DNA from: Mitosporidium daphniae
Taxonomy: Eukaryota
Direction of reading: 5' to 3'
DNA length: 64,000 nucleotides
NCBI RefSeq assembly: GCF_000760515.2
Contig: NW_013546154.1
Span: 1 to 64,000 of the forward strand
The first letter of the stretch is position 1; each line of letters begins with the position of its first letter. Both the position numbers and the translations under genes were made by a program. Below are positions 20,497-33,093 of this stretch, in pieces. The notes under the pieces are model-generated. The model did not search any database. It was not told the origin of the DNA and saw only the letters and a program-made list of their open reading frames with translations.

Positions 20497-21622
20497 ATGG
20501 TTCTCATTAAAGAATTGTAAGGCCTCCGTTTTGTAACGATATAGCCGAATCCCGATGCCCCTCACTGTTGAGGAAGTACCGTTATTGATTCAGCTTAATG
20601 CAAATATAGTATCAAATAGCACAGCTGTATTCTGTGGCCGAAATGAGCAAGCAAGAGTCTAGTTCGGATTCTGGAATTCAAATTCTTATCAATGAACCTT
20701 ACAACGACCAAGCACTGGGAAAGGGACAGTATACGCACAAGCTATATCACCTTGGCAGGTTCCATTTGTTTCGCTTACCCTGCAGTAAATGCCCAAGGAT
20801 TCTCAGCGCGCTCGTTCCAGCGAACACGCTAATCATTGACGAGAAAGCATGGAATGCGTATCCGGATTGCATTACTGGTATGTGATTGCTTTGTTTAAGC
20901 GGTGAGAATTTTTCAACCCGTTCTTGAGAGAAAGGTTTTCCATCAAAATACAGACAAAACATGTGGCCAATGACGATGATCTTGAAAATGTACTGACGTT
21001 TCTTGTTATCTTCTCAACATTAGGTGCACAATTTGCCACCCGATTTGCTCAGCAAGCGCGAAATTGTCAGAATAGACATTGCAAATGATCCGATTGATGT
21101 AAAGGAAAATGGCTGTGAAACAAATCCTAAACTATTCTGTCCAAAAAAGGATCCGCTACGAGGACCCCTCAATGCAAACTGGATTCGCGATATGAAGGCT
21201 CAAAAGAAACCGTTTATGTGTTGCTACAAATTGGTTACAATTAAATTTAAAGTGTTCGGATTGGAATCGAAAATTGAGTCTTATATTTCCAAAGTACCTT
21301 ATACTGATGCTTATGTCGCTAGTACGAGCAATCTCTCTTTTTGCGCTTTCATAGGAGCATTTTCTGCTCTTTTGATAGATGGTTTGGGCTGACGATGTCG
21401 GATATCAGAGCACTTGAAGATGAGGCCAAAAAGGATCTCGATCAGGTGGGCATTTTTCCCCTAATGGTGATTTAGCTGAAAACCGGAGCCTCTGTCAGTG
21501 CCGGTAGTCATGAACATGCAAACGAAGCTATCAATATCCATGGCATCAATGAAGACACCATTGTTGCAGATCAGGCTGTCTGCGAGCTTGGTAATGAAGA
21601 TCCCGATAGGATCGAACTCTGA
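20497..21622 (+). CDS. START-fold phosphatidylinositol transfer protein (PITPalpha/beta/RdgB family; 7 introns)
   Basis: MVLIKEF|RIPMPLTVEE|YQIAQLY, GQYTHKLYHL, EKAWNAYP, RGPL...W, MCCYKLV, LRFHR.IFC..DRW.GLTM.DIR.LE. Confidence 0.95.
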
Positions 21623-21636
21623 CGGCCAAATAATTT

Positions 21637-22689
21637 TTATTCTTTTTTACATAAATGAAAAGAAATTTTGATTTCTTTGTCTTCATTTAACCTGGCATGC
21701 TGGTTGTATTTTTTTTCATAAAACATCCCGTCGTCTGAGGGGTAAGAATATAGCAAAATGGACGAGGAGACCGTTCCAAAAGATCCACTTGGAATCATAA
21801 ATGGTGGGATGAATGTTGCAGACAGCTTTTGCTCTAGGATTTCACCAACATCCACATCAGCAGAGGTGTCAATGGGGGTTTTGGCAGAGCTAATTTGCAT
21901 ATTCTGATGCTCCCCCTTGACGCCTTGGATTCTTTGTGAAAGCAAGGCGATTAGCTTGGGAATGTCCTTGTGTTCGTTTCTCTGCCATAGCATGGAATAT
22001 GCTTTTGCCAGGTTGTATCCTTTGGCTGAAGGGAAATCAGATTGAGATGGACACGTCAGGGAAAATGTAGAAATCCCCATGTTTTCCATTATCAAGCATA
22101 GCGACTCTGCCATTGAATGTCTATTTAGGGTTACTTCGTTTTGCGTAATAAGGGAAGCATTGGTTGCATTCGGAGTTCGGTGTACAATTTTGCAAACATC
22201 GAACGAATAGCTTTCCATGTCAAATTGGATTGCTATCAGATTAAATGAGTGGTATAATGAAGAGGAGAATGCAATTTGCACGGCATCTGAAAGGGGCTTT
22301 GGCTCTGATGCCAAAATCTTAACCAGAACCCCTCGACTGCAAATAGAGGGCTCATCGCCAGATGAGCCAGTAGAACAGCTGCTCTGAGCAGCACCGATCG
22401 TTCCAAGGGTATTTAGGGCCCTGCCGTTTGTCAAGAGAACAATTCTTTCTAAAACTTAACTCCTGCATACAATACTGAGCTTTGTGTTCAAGGCCTTCCA
22501 GGTGCCAAGCATATCGGAATCTTGGCCCCCAATAATGTCACAATTCGCCCAAGTGTAGAGTCGTTTGGTAGGCCTGTTGAATAGCTCTTCGCGATTAAAT
22601 AGTGCCGATCTAGGGTCAGTACTTGTGTAGCAACGGTACATGGTGTTGCTGTTCGATGTTCCCTCAACGTGCACAAGAGCAATGCACAT
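21637..22689 (-). CDS. TANGO2: TANGO2/NRDE-family protein (2 introns)
   Basis: N-terminal MCI, NREE (NRDE-like)...RPT, GGQD...GTW, LLTN; C-terminal FI...FGTVSSSIL. Confidence 0.75.
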
Positions 22690-22752
22690 GTTCAACAAAA
22701 GTTTGAGAAAGTTTAATTATCGGCAGCGGCATCCGATTTTTGCAGCAATTTA

Positions 22753-24550
22753 ATGTCAATTGGTAAAAATGGCCTCCCCCAATTTGGGAATGCATACCCC
22801 CATGCTGGAGATTTAGACTTGGCTCCAAAGCGAAAAGATGCCATGAATAACCTGGATCTTTCCCATATGGAGAAAGTGCTTTCGTCATTGAAAACAAGCT
22901 GGAAGCCCTTTCTTAATCAAAATGTATCAAATGTGCACGCCACTAACCGGAACGTAGTTTAATGCCTTTATCTCTGCCATGGAGATTGCAAATTCCCCAT
23001 CGCAGTCGGCGAACAATGTTCAGGCCTACGAATCTTTGCATTTAGAGCTAGAAAGAGCCATGGACGTCGCTACCAATTCTTATCACAACGAGTTGCAGGC
23101 AATAGCGTCGAAATTTTCGTCCATCAGCAACAACGTGCTGGGTATTTTGCCATATGCTTTTCAGTGTAGACGCGCGATCCAAATTTTCTTCATACAAAAA
23201 AGACTTCCAAAAGTCTAAATGCTGTTTGGTGGGATCCCGCTTCGACCTCACTACGCTTTATATTTTGATGGAAGAAGCCAACTTGCGCATTTTGATTTTA
23301 TCGCTCATGTACGCGTGCATTGTGTTTTTATGATGGCAGGAAAAACCTGGGGTCGGTCCCCAAAAAGATCGAAACGTGTTTGGAGCAAGAAAAATACATC
23401 GAAGCTTGCGATTTGCTACTTTTGTCGAAGAAAATCCTAAGCTCAAGCATCTTTTGTTCGATCCATGCGCTATCGCACATTTCTCATCTCATTTCGTACG
23501 AATATAAAAACGTATTTCCAAGCTTTTGCGCTGATAACATTTAGGGGTTGGAGGGCGTTCTTTGCTCTCGCCTGTACGACACGGTTTTTTTAAAAAACCC
23601 GTCGTCGTGCAAACGGATTGGATCCTTTTACACGTCGCTTATTGAAAACTATAGCTCCAGCTCACATTCAGACACATTTTCGCTTTTTGAAATTGTCGAT
23701 GGTTTGTGCAAAATAGAAAGCATCTACAATGCCCTGAAGGTAACAACTACGTATTCGCCCTAAAACTGCCAGACCATAAAGAACGCATACAAACTGCAAA
23801 TTGATGCATGTTTCTCCCTGTTTGAGGAATCGGGCAGAGGACATTATCCCATCAGTGATGAGGAATGGCCCCCTTTGCTTTCGCTAGAGAAAAACATGAT
23901 ATCAATTTTTGCGGATAGAGTTATATGGTCGTTGGCAAAGCTTCTGGCCATATTTGAATTGACAATCCTATTGATCATGCATTTGGAAAGGAAATATGAA
24001 ATCAAGCAGGCGTCCATCGGCATATTCATTGGCTCCGTTCAGGGAATGATTCAGAAGGCAGTACGCCATTTTTGGATGTTTCCGTAACTGCTGTAGATCG
24101 TCGATAATTTGGCGCAAATCGGACCCATTTCAAAATCGCTGGAATCGCTGAATTTGGATGGTGTTCCCACGTGTTTGGATGTTATCAGCAACCCTCAGGC
24201 ACAGATAGATGCAAACGATGTAAATGCTTCCATTCATTTGTTAGATGCTCAGATTCAGGCTAACAAACCTCTCCATCAACGATCCGTTTGACCTCAATCT
24301 TGATGCCATTTTGCATCAAAATGGCACCACGGTATACAATCGGGGGTCGATTGAAGCCAATGGCGCTATGCCAGATGTTTATTTAATTCCCGCGGACAAG
24401 CCCGTTGAGTCGATGTTTTTTAAAATGATCCCGTCTTCAAGAACAAGATCCCTGCTTTTTGCCTTTACATTCAGGTAGCGTTTATGCTCCATTGACGGCA
24501 TTAGGTATTTTGTAAAGTTTGAGCAGATTTTGGCCTCCCTAGTCAAATAA
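22753..24550 (+). CDS. SEC8: Exocyst subunit Sec8, N-terminal half only (about 8 introns)
   Basis: Spliced product contains FNAFISAMEI, LERAMDV...YH, VPKKIETCLEQEKYIEACDLL, ALSHISHLI and L...LYDTVFLKNP, which match the Sec8 N-terminal domain. Confidence 0.75.
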
Positions 24551-24643
24551 ACAAGTAAATCATAAGCAAGTAACCCATAAGCAAGTGGGCTTGCACTAAA
24601 ATTTAATATTCTCAATTTATTCCGAAAAAAAACTGGTTGATTG

Positions 24644-26119
24644 ATGATGTCCACCTCCGCTTCCATGGGTCCTGTTGTCTCCCCATCCCAAGGTACTTGT
24701 TGTTGTTACAAAAATAGGGAACAATTTTGGCATTTTAGCCATGGAAATCTATTTTCCTTCTCTCTACGTTTCTCAGTCAGAGTTGGGTATCGGTTTTTGT
24801 GCATTATGTTTAGAGTGTCACGACAATGTTTCCCAGGGCAAATATACTAAGGGCTTGGGGCAAACAAACATGGCTGTTTGCGCGCCATGTGAAGATATTT
24901 GCTCGATTTCCCTCAATGCGGTCTCTCAATTGATGTCAAAATATAAAATTTCCTATCAATCCATTGGACGGCTAGAAGTTGGTACGGAAACATTAATTGA
25001 CAAGTCCAAGTCCATCAAATCGGTCATCATGGACCTGTTTAACGGCAACGGTTGTTATGATGTTGAAGGTGTCGATGTAAAGAATGCTTGTTACGGCGGA
25101 GTTGCGGCCTTCTTTAATACCATTGCTTGGATGGAGAGCTCCTGTTGGGACGGTCGGCTTGGGCTCGTTGTCGCCGGAGATATAGCTGTATATGAACGAG
25201 GCCCGGCTCGCCCAACTGGCGGTGCTGGCGTGGTTGCCATTCTGGTGGGGCCAAACGCCCCGATCGTTTGTAACGGGGTCAGAGCCTCCCATATGAAGCA
25301 TGCTTATGATTTCTTCAAACCGAATTTATCTACAGATTTTCCGATCGTAGATGGCCCTCTTTCTTTAAAATCGTATTTTGAAGCGCTTTCATCCTGCTAC
25401 CGATTATTCCGCACAAAAAGAAACATCACAAGCAAGAGCCCGCTGGATGCGTACGATTTCTATCTTTTTCATTCTCCCTTTGGAAAATTGGTTCAAAAGG
25501 CACTGTCCAAATTGGTAATCGAGGATCGCTTAAATAATTCTAGTATTATGAAGACATTAACAGTATCAATGATACGCCGGATGTATGTGCTTTTCTTATC
25601 TTTAGGAAGCACTGAATTTTGATGACAAAACCCTGGAAAATGAGATGCTTGCAGCTAGCCAGGAGCTTTTTTTGCAAAAGACACAGCCTACACTTGCTTG
25701 CTCAAGAGAGTTGGGCAACATTTATTGCGGCGCCTTGTTTTCTGGGCTGATCTCTTTGATATGTAGCCAAGCTGGGGACTCGTTGGTTGGTTTATTGTCT
25801 TAACCTTAGATCGGCAAAAAGTGCCTATTATTTGCATATGGTTCTGGATACTGCTCCTCGATGTTTGAACTGAGAATTACTTCGTCTGTTGAGTACATTT
25901 CAAAGACCATCGCGTTGAGTGAGCGGCTCTCAGAAAGGACCAAAATATCGCCCATCCAATTTTCACTAGTAACTTGCATGTCTAACTTTATAGCTTCTCG
26001 ATGATAAAGGGCATGCTGAAAATGCCAAGTTCAATTCTCTTGTTCCGAACAGAACAATCGTTTTAAGCGAAATCGATGCCAAGTGCAGAAGGATATACCA
26101 AGCTAAATCGGAAAAATAA
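24644..26119 (+). CDS. ERG13: Hydroxymethylglutaryl-CoA synthase
   Basis: GILAMEIYFP, GKYTKGLGQ, GRLEVGTETLIDKSKS, NACYGG, ARPTGGAG, FHSPFGKLVQK, GN.YCG, FAYGSG; several mini-introns. Confidence 0.97.
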
Positions 26120-26889
26120 ATACGAGTTTATTGATTTGCACCAGAAAGCGGTGTCTGTACGGGTCTGGTGTGCTCCATTTGCAATGTAAACGTACGGAAT
26201 AAAGCATAAACGGATGCGGGGCTGGCTAAATTACACCGGCTTCTTCCTCGCCATTTATCACTATAGCATCTAGTAGGGAAAACGGTAGACGATGTTTCCT
26301 GGAAACCGGTATGGAGCACTTTTTGGAAAATTCGGGCATATAACCGGTCAATATAAGCGATGTGCGCCCAAGTATGAAAACACTCGATTTCAACTGGCGG
26401 CTGGCTAAATTGGTGTCTGCATTGTGTGAATGGCACACTTAAATTGGAGGCAAAGCCAAAGCCTCCGAAGGCTTGTTTTTTATTTTCAATAGCCGGTATG
26501 TCTTAATGGATGTCCAAAGCGTCTGTTTATCACTGTCTCCACAACTCTGGGCTCCCCGTACCCAATCCTGCTTCCAGCCGAGTCAACAATAGTGGGCACC
26601 ACAAACTCCAGCCAAAATGCAGATGGCCATATGGCTAAGCTGCCAAAAGGACATTTAAAAGCCTCTCGAGTAGATTGAATAAGCTGAGCAGAGTGGGCGA
26701 AGAGGGCGCCATCAACGAAGAATGACTTTATTTAGAAAACACCGATACTGACACGCAACATATATTAAGCTTTGGCTGTGTATCTCATCATTGATGCATG
26801 GTTGGTTGAAGAATATCTTTTCATTAAACTGGTAGGAAAAGAGTATATTTTTATGGCCAAAAAATTAATTTATTTAAAATCGAGCTCGG

Positions 26890-28821
26890 ATGATTAGAAA
26901 GGGCTGCTTTTTGTGGATTCACCCTAAAACATCGTTGCCTTTTTTAGTGCTCTCTTCTCGTTCGTCTTATTCCATCGACCCTGCGGTTGCAAATCCCGCC
27001 ACTAAAGATTCCAAAACCGCAAAGGTATTATCCACAAAGAAAACACAAGATCCAAAAGCCTCGTCTAATGTCAAAAAAGAGCCGATTTCGAAAAAGGAGC
27101 GTGATCCTGCAAATGGAGCGTTTAGCTTATCATCTCAAGTAAGCGTAGAGGATAAAGCTGCTATCTTTAATGCCAGGACTGATCATTCGACTGCTGAACG
27201 AGGATTTGAAGTCCGATCTAGCCTTGAGGAGTTTAATTCTGCTTTCGGTATAGCAGCGCCGATAGAAAATCATCCGCAAAATCCACCACTCGTGCCTGAA
27301 GAGACCGATGTGACAAATGAAAAGAATGACAGCGCAAAGCCCACCTTGTCATCCATAATATCAACCAACTTTGCGCACGAAAATCACCAATTTAATAACG
27401 CCCCTCCAATTCCAAAGAGTATTTCCAAGTTTTTTCCGGTAACCAAGAAAGTTCCGAGGCCAAAGTCTGCACCATCCTGCTCCAGGGAAGATGCCTCGCC
27501 TAAAATGGCAGGATTTACCAGCAGCAATACGGAATACACCCAAGAGCCCGATAAAGGCACATCAAAGCCGACACCGATTTCTACCTCGTATAGCGGCATT
27601 ACTCCCAATTCTGCCAAAAGCAATGACGGCGGCTCCAATTCAAACTTTTTTAATAACCAAAGGCATAGAGGCCTGAATTCGTCCCACCTTCAGGGCGGAT
27701 TGGTTTCCATCGTCCCAAAAGACGCGCCGCTTTCAAGCCAAGACCATTTTTATTCATTGATTTCAAAAAATATCTCCGAAGATGTGTCTTTTTGCGAGCA
27801 AAAAGAAATCATATTCGATGAAAACAGCGCCTCCACACATCAAGAGGTCAACTTGAAAAAAATACAAGAAAGTGTTGCTCCATCCCTGGACGTGGCCAGG
27901 TTTGGCAATTTTTCTTCCTCTTCTTTCGAGAGATCCGAGGCCAGCATTGTCAAAAGCATTTCGTTTGCCTTTCCAGCGAATCAAGCTAGTGTGATTTCGC
28001 TCCTCAATTTATATGACCGGCAATTAGATTATAATGCCACGCGCGACCTCAAAATTGAGATTTTTCTGAAGACGCTTCGTTTGCTATTTTACCTGTACAA
28101 GCCCACCGTATTCTCGGCATCGACGATCTTTAATATTAGCAAGCTAAAATGTATTGCAGAAGAATCGTCCAACTGGAGGGATATATCGCTAGTTTTCCCT
28201 CTTGAGCGGATGTTGCCATCATCGAAATCGTTCCAAGATTCCAGGATAACTTTTCCAATCGAGGTGCATATTGCCGTCATGAGCATCTTGGACAAAATCA
28301 GGGCAAAGCTATTTGCGTACGAATATTACTTGGAGTTTCTGATGAAAGATCCTGTTCCCTGCTCAAATCCGATCTTGTTGCGAAATGTAATAAAGGCGCT
28401 GTCTAGCCACCAGTTTGCTTCCAAGTCTGTGTTTGACCATTTCCTTAGAAACGGCGGCATTCCAACACCGGACATCGTTGTGGATCTACTGGCAACCCCG
28501 AATTTGATTGATTCCGCATGCTTGTATGAATCGTATTTTGACCAGTATATTAAAATCCCCTATTTAGAGCAAAAAATCCTTCCAGAAGAAGCCAAGAAAA
28601 TCGATGACCGGCAACTCCTGCAAGCAACAAAGTCGATGTTGGGGATGTATGTTCGAGGAGCAATGTCGTGTCCATCGTACAACCAAAACAAGATTTTTGC
28701 TCTTAAATGCTGGATCAAAAAGTATGCACCATCGGTAGCGTGCAGCCCAGACTTTCATATTGCTTGTAAAATAGTTCTCAAAGAGAAGCCACAGCAGGAT
28801 CCAACCTTGATCTTGGATTAA
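26890..28821 (+). CDS. Hypothetical protein (643 aa) with presequence-like N-terminus, disordered middle and helical C-terminal half
   Basis: Long intronless ORF after an AT-rich start context; N-terminus is basic and hydroxylated (RSSYS). Confidence 0.6.
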   Translation: MIRKGCFLWIHPKTSLPFLVLSSRSSYSIDPAVANPATKDSKTAKVLSTKKTQDPKASSNVKKEPISKKERDPANGAFSLSSQVSVEDKAAIFNARTDHSTAERGFEVRSSLEEFNSAFGIAAPIENHPQNPPLVPEETDVTNEKNDSAKPTLSSIISTNFAHENHQFNNAPPIPKSISKFFPVTKKVPRPKSAPSCSREDASPKMAGFTSSNTEYTQEPDKGTSKPTPISTSYSGITPNSAKSNDGGSNSNFFNNQRHRGLNSSHLQGGLVSIVPKDAPLSSQDHFYSLISKNISEDVSFCEQKEIIFDENSASTHQEVNLKKIQESVAPSLDVARFGNFSSSSFERSEASIVKSISFAFPANQASVISLLNLYDRQLDYNATRDLKIEIFLKTLRLLFYLYKPTVFSASTIFNISKLKCIAEESSNWRDISLVFPLERMLPSSKSFQDSRITFPIEVHIAVMSILDKIRAKLFAYEYYLEFLMKDPVPCSNPILLRNVIKALSSHQFASKSVFDHFLRNGGIPTPDIVVDLLATPNLIDSACLYESYFDQYIKIPYLEQKILPEEAKKIDDRQLLQATKSMLGMYVRGAMSCPSYNQNKIFALKCWIKKYAPSVACSPDFHIACKIVLKEKPQQDPTLILD

Positions 28822-28856
28822 ATTGGTTAATTAAATAAAATTTAAGTTATTTTTTT

Positions 28857-31680
28857 ATGAAAAGCTGCAAATTGGAACAAAAGACTCCCGAATGCCACAC
28901 GTTGTTCGTAAGGAACAGAGATCTGGGAGTGGTCTGTAATTTGCTGCCTCCTGTGTTTCAGAAGAGGGAGACCGCTTACTATGTGGTTGCCTGCACCGGG
29001 CCTTCGTTTCACATTTATGACGTCGAAAAATTGGATCTGCTGTTTATCGGACCTCATTATGACACACTTTACCGCCCATCTTCTGGCGAAAGTGCATCCA
29101 TATGTGCCATTGCTGCCGTTGGGGATTTAACAATTGTCGCCATTCTTCCCTTTGGGGTCCTCTCCTTTTGCGAGAGAGCAAAAGAAACCTTCTCCATGAA
29201 GATTGACGGCTTTTCGCCGTCCAATCCGATCGTGCAGCTTGATAATATTGGCGAGTATGTTTTCGCTTTATTTGAAAATGGGCAGATTTTCCAGATCGAC
29301 ACGAGCAACAGAGGTATTGCATTGAATTGTTTCATGATCGGCCGTAGAAATTGTAAATTCCATCAAGCCTCATTCGGAAAGCGATGTTGATAGCCGTTGT
29401 ATTGAGTTTCTGCATCCGAGCACTTATTTGAACAAGCTGCTGGTGGCTACCAACGATCACCATGTTAGCTTGTGGAACTTTCGTTCTGGAAAACATGTGC
29501 ACACCCTGAAGTCGCTGGCAATCCTACCCCGCTCGCCGATCATGCGTATGACGCAAACCCCAGCGTTGGATGTCATTGCAATCTCGTTTTTAAACGGAAC
29601 TTTTGGCTTTTTCGACATCAAAAAGGATCAGCTCTTATTCCGCTTGCAGCAGCCTGGTGGTGGTGCCTCTTGTTTTTGCTTTAGAACAGGTAGCGTTGCA
29701 GATTTTTATCCCCAGTAGGTGCCCAGAATCAGCAAATGATTACGTCCAATGCCGGCGGAGATATCTTTGTTTGGGACCTTGAGGAGAGAAACATTGTAGC
29801 CAAGATCGAATCGGCCCACTCTCAAGCAATCACATCTATTTCGATGGTACCGGGGAAATCTCTTTTCCTTACTACTGGCTGCGACAACTCCATTAAGGTC
29901 CGCGATTTTTGATCGTAATATTTAGGAATGGATTTTTCCGGCATCCGGAAACTCGGCTGTGCCACAATTGCTAAAGTTTCGCTCAGGCCATTCATCGCCT
30001 CCATCTTTGATAGGCTTTTATGGGGACGATGGCCACTTTATCCTTTCTTCCGGGGTTGACTGCTCTTTCCGCGTTTCGTCTCTTTACAAAGACTCGCAAG
30101 CCTTTGAATTATCACAAGCCAAAGAACATCGGGCTGTTGGCCCGTTTTCTTCGTTTGTTTCAACCCTGTCGCCGTATAGTTCAAAAGGCGGTTCGGCGTG
30201 GGACAACATTCTTTCGTGCCATCATGGCTCGAGCTTTTCGCAAAGTTGGTCATTCGATAAGAAAAGCATCGGATCGCATCGATTTGCATCTTCGGATGGT
30301 TCTGCTGTGGTTTGTTGCGCGCTCAGCCATTGCGGCCACTTTGGCTTTGTTGGAACCGATTCGGGGCATGTAGAAATCTACAATATGCAGTCTGGTCTGC
30401 ACAGGGGCACCATCAATCATGGCCCCGCGCCAGTAAGTGCGGTGTGCTCCTCCTCTGATGGAGCAAAGTTCCTTTCGCTTTCTTTGGAGCATTTGCAACT
30501 GGTTGTCAAGTTTTGGACATTCAAAAACAGAAGACAACAGCATACTGAAAATCTGCCGCTGGCATTTGAACGGCAGCCAGGTTTAAAGGCGTATTTTGCA
30601 CAGCATTTTGATAGCGATATGGTTGCCATTGCAGCTGGATGCCAAATTTTTGTATTCGATTTTTGTCTACAAAAAGCCGTCCGTGTTTTCAACGCGCCCC
30701 CCAAACACACCATCAATTCGATATCGTTTTCCGGAGACGGGAAGTGGGTTGTCACTGCCGGAAATGACTTTTGCGTCAATATTTGGGACATTCCCTCTGG
30801 CTCGCAGTACCATTCTCTTAATATTTACCCGGTATTGCCGACCGGCGCCGCTTTGTCGCCCAATGGCGAAACCTTGGCCATCATCGATGCAACATCGGTC
30901 TCCATCAAGCTTTGGTAGTTTTGGCGTGTTGTTTAATTGCTTTAGGACCAACAAAGCTTTCTATGGGCTATCAACTGTCAAAGAGGAAGCCCCCATTTCT
31001 GATTCAAGCTCCCTAATGGTGTTGAATCCCGTGTTCCAAGACGACGGGCTTGTTAGCCTGAGCGCGCCGAACTCTTCATTTTGGAATCAGCTTGTCAACT
31101 TAGATCGCATCAAAGAGCAAAGCAAGCCTGCTCAGCCGGTAAAGCCAGAGTCGATCCCTTTTTTTCTTGACAAGCAAAGCTTAAATGCTGTTTCTGGGGC
31201 CAAAGAGTTTGAGAAGACCGCAAAAAAGATGCCTTGTTCGCCCGATGTTTGGTACACCGAGTTGGAAGCCTTATTAATGTCGCAATCGGATAATTGTAAC
31301 GGTTTACACGGCTAACATTGATAGATGGAGACATATTGCACCACTTCAAATCCTCTACTGCCAGTGCGATCGACTATTCCATTAGGACGCTTTCTGAAAA
31401 TCGTATGATAGTCCGGTTTTTGGAGTTCCTTGAACACATGTTAATAACGAACAGCGATTTTGATTTGGTCAATGCCTATTTATCTGTCTTTATAGAGGTA
31501 ACACTTGGTGCAAACTCATTCTATTAGAGTCACAGCGATTTAATGGCGTTCGGGGTTTGCGAGCATCAGCAAAAACTGGCATCGATAAAATCAATTCTAG
31601 AAAAGGCTGCTAGAATTGTTGACGATTCCCTTCACACTTCGCTCGGCCTGATCCGCTATTGCAGCGGTCGGCTTCTTTAA
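28857..31680 (+). CDS. UTP21: U3 snoRNP WD40 protein Utp21/WDR36
   Basis: LF...R.LGVV, HPSTYLNKLLV, LWNFRSGK, QTPALDVIAI, RSGHSSPP, WDNILSCH, YNMQSGLHRG, PFFL; about 6 introns. Confidence 0.93.
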
Positions 31681-31755
31681 TGGAGGCGCCCCTTATTTAA
31701 TAATCACAACGACAACCACGACCACAATAAATTCCTAATTTAATGTTTAGGCCTT

Positions 31756-32481
31756 CTAGGGGAAAATATGTTCAATCGTGGACTTGTTTGAAAAAATAAG
31801 GTATACGTGGTAGGCAGATAAAATAACGAAAAACAGCGACCTAAATGCGGTGAACATCGTAAAAATCAGTACAAAAAAAGTTAGATGGCAAAACTGTTTG
31901 CAAGAAAAGAGAATTTTAGCATAGATCACAAACATCAAAATCTCAACTACCGTGGTAATGACTATGAATGCGACAAACAGAAAATAGTTGGACTTTCCAA
32001 TGCAGTTGGCAAGCCAGGGGCAATGGTGGTCAAACCCCTCTATACAAATGTTGCAGGTCGAACAATGATGTGCCTTTGGACCCTTGATGACCCGGCAAAC
32101 ATTGCAATATCGGCGAGCATTTAAAACGGGGATTTTACCGGATACGGAAACATCATTTTCGGAGATATTCTTTTTTGAAATATCATTTTCGGAGAGATTC
32201 TTTTTTGAGATATCATGTTCTGAGGCTCTTTTTATCCTGCCTGGATCAGATAGGACCAGCAAGCAAAATAGGAAAAAGATAAACGAAAATCCAAAATATA
32301 CCGATGGTAAGACGAAGGATGGGAAGATCGTCCAATAGCCTGCATAATGGAGATGAACATAAAACAAAAGAGGGAAAAACAGGAACAACAGGCCGATACT
32401 TACGACGATATTCTCGGGTAGCGAAAAAAAACTGATACTCGAATATGCTCGAAGAAAACAAAATGCTATCCTGCCTTTCAT
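31756..32481 (-). CDS. DHHC palmitoyltransferase
   Basis: SDPG, YCNVC...KAHHCSTCNICIEGFDHHCPWLANCIGKSNY and TM helices. An upstream exon from 32549 is possible. Confidence 0.92.
   Translation of the reverse strand: MKGRIAFCFLRAYSSISFFSLPENIVVSIGLLFLFFPLLFYVHLHYAGYWTIFPSFVLPSVYFGFSFIFFLFCLLVLSDPGRIKRASEHDISKKNLSENDISKKNISENDVSVSGKIPVLNARRYCNVCRVIKGPKAHHCSTCNICIEGFDHHCPWLANCIGKSNYFLFVAFIVITTVVEILMFVIYAKILFSCKQFCHLTFFVLIFTMFTAFRSLFFVILSAYHVYLIFSNKSTIEHIFP
32147..32224. repeat. 30-bp in-frame tandem repeat in the DHHC gene (SEHDISKKNL/SENDISKKNI/SENDVS)
   Basis: About 2.6 imperfect copies with a 30-nt period. Confidence 0.9.
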
Positions 32482-32580
32482 GTACAAAGAATAGCAAAAA
32501 CCAAGCTTGTGGGCTTACAATAAGCACCAATCAAATGGCCTCTAACCATATCCAGCTGATGCCAAATTTTTATTTTTAAA

Positions 32581-33093
32581 ATTTCGAAAAATCGTTCCTC
32601 AGCTAAAAAGCAAATCCCTTCGCTGAGGGAGGTTGCAGACCAGCTTTGTGCATTAAACGGCAAGCTAAACGGAAGGATCGATTCTTTGTTGATCGAGCTA
32701 AATGCTATAAAGAGTAGATTGCTTAACGTGCTAGATTTTAACCGCAATTGCTTGCCTTTGGGATCGAATCTTCTCTACAAGCTGGATAGGGATGCCGAGG
32801 AGTGCGAGTTAAATGTGTTGAGCGGCCAATTTATTGGAAAATTTACGCAATGGATTTCGACGGTTTTGCTTCCCAAGCTGAGTCTTTTAAAGAAAATTCT
32901 GGAACAAGACATCCTTTGCTCGGATGAATATAGAAATGCCTCCAAATTTACTCTTACCAACAGCCGCGAATCTTTTTTCGAGACGTTCGCGTTGTTGGAT
33001 ACCTTGCAGATACGAGTTTGTGCCATTGCGAATCTATTGAGCATTGCCCCCTTCGATCTTTCTTCGATTCCTGGTTTGCTGTCCGAATTGTAA
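32581..33093 (+). CDS. Hypothetical coiled-coil protein lacking an ATG
   Basis: The frame is open from 32560 to 33093 with no Met codon. The AT-rich start context TTTTTAAA is followed by ATT at 32581. Confidence 0.45.
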   Translation: MSKNRSSAKKQIPSLREVADQLCALNGKLNGRIDSLLIELNAIKSRLLNVLDFNRNCLPLGSNLLYKLDRDAEECELNVLSGQFIGKFTQWISTVLLPKLSLLKKILEQDILCSDEYRNASKFTLTNSRESFFETFALLDTLQIRVCAIANLLSIAPFDLSSIPGLLSEL

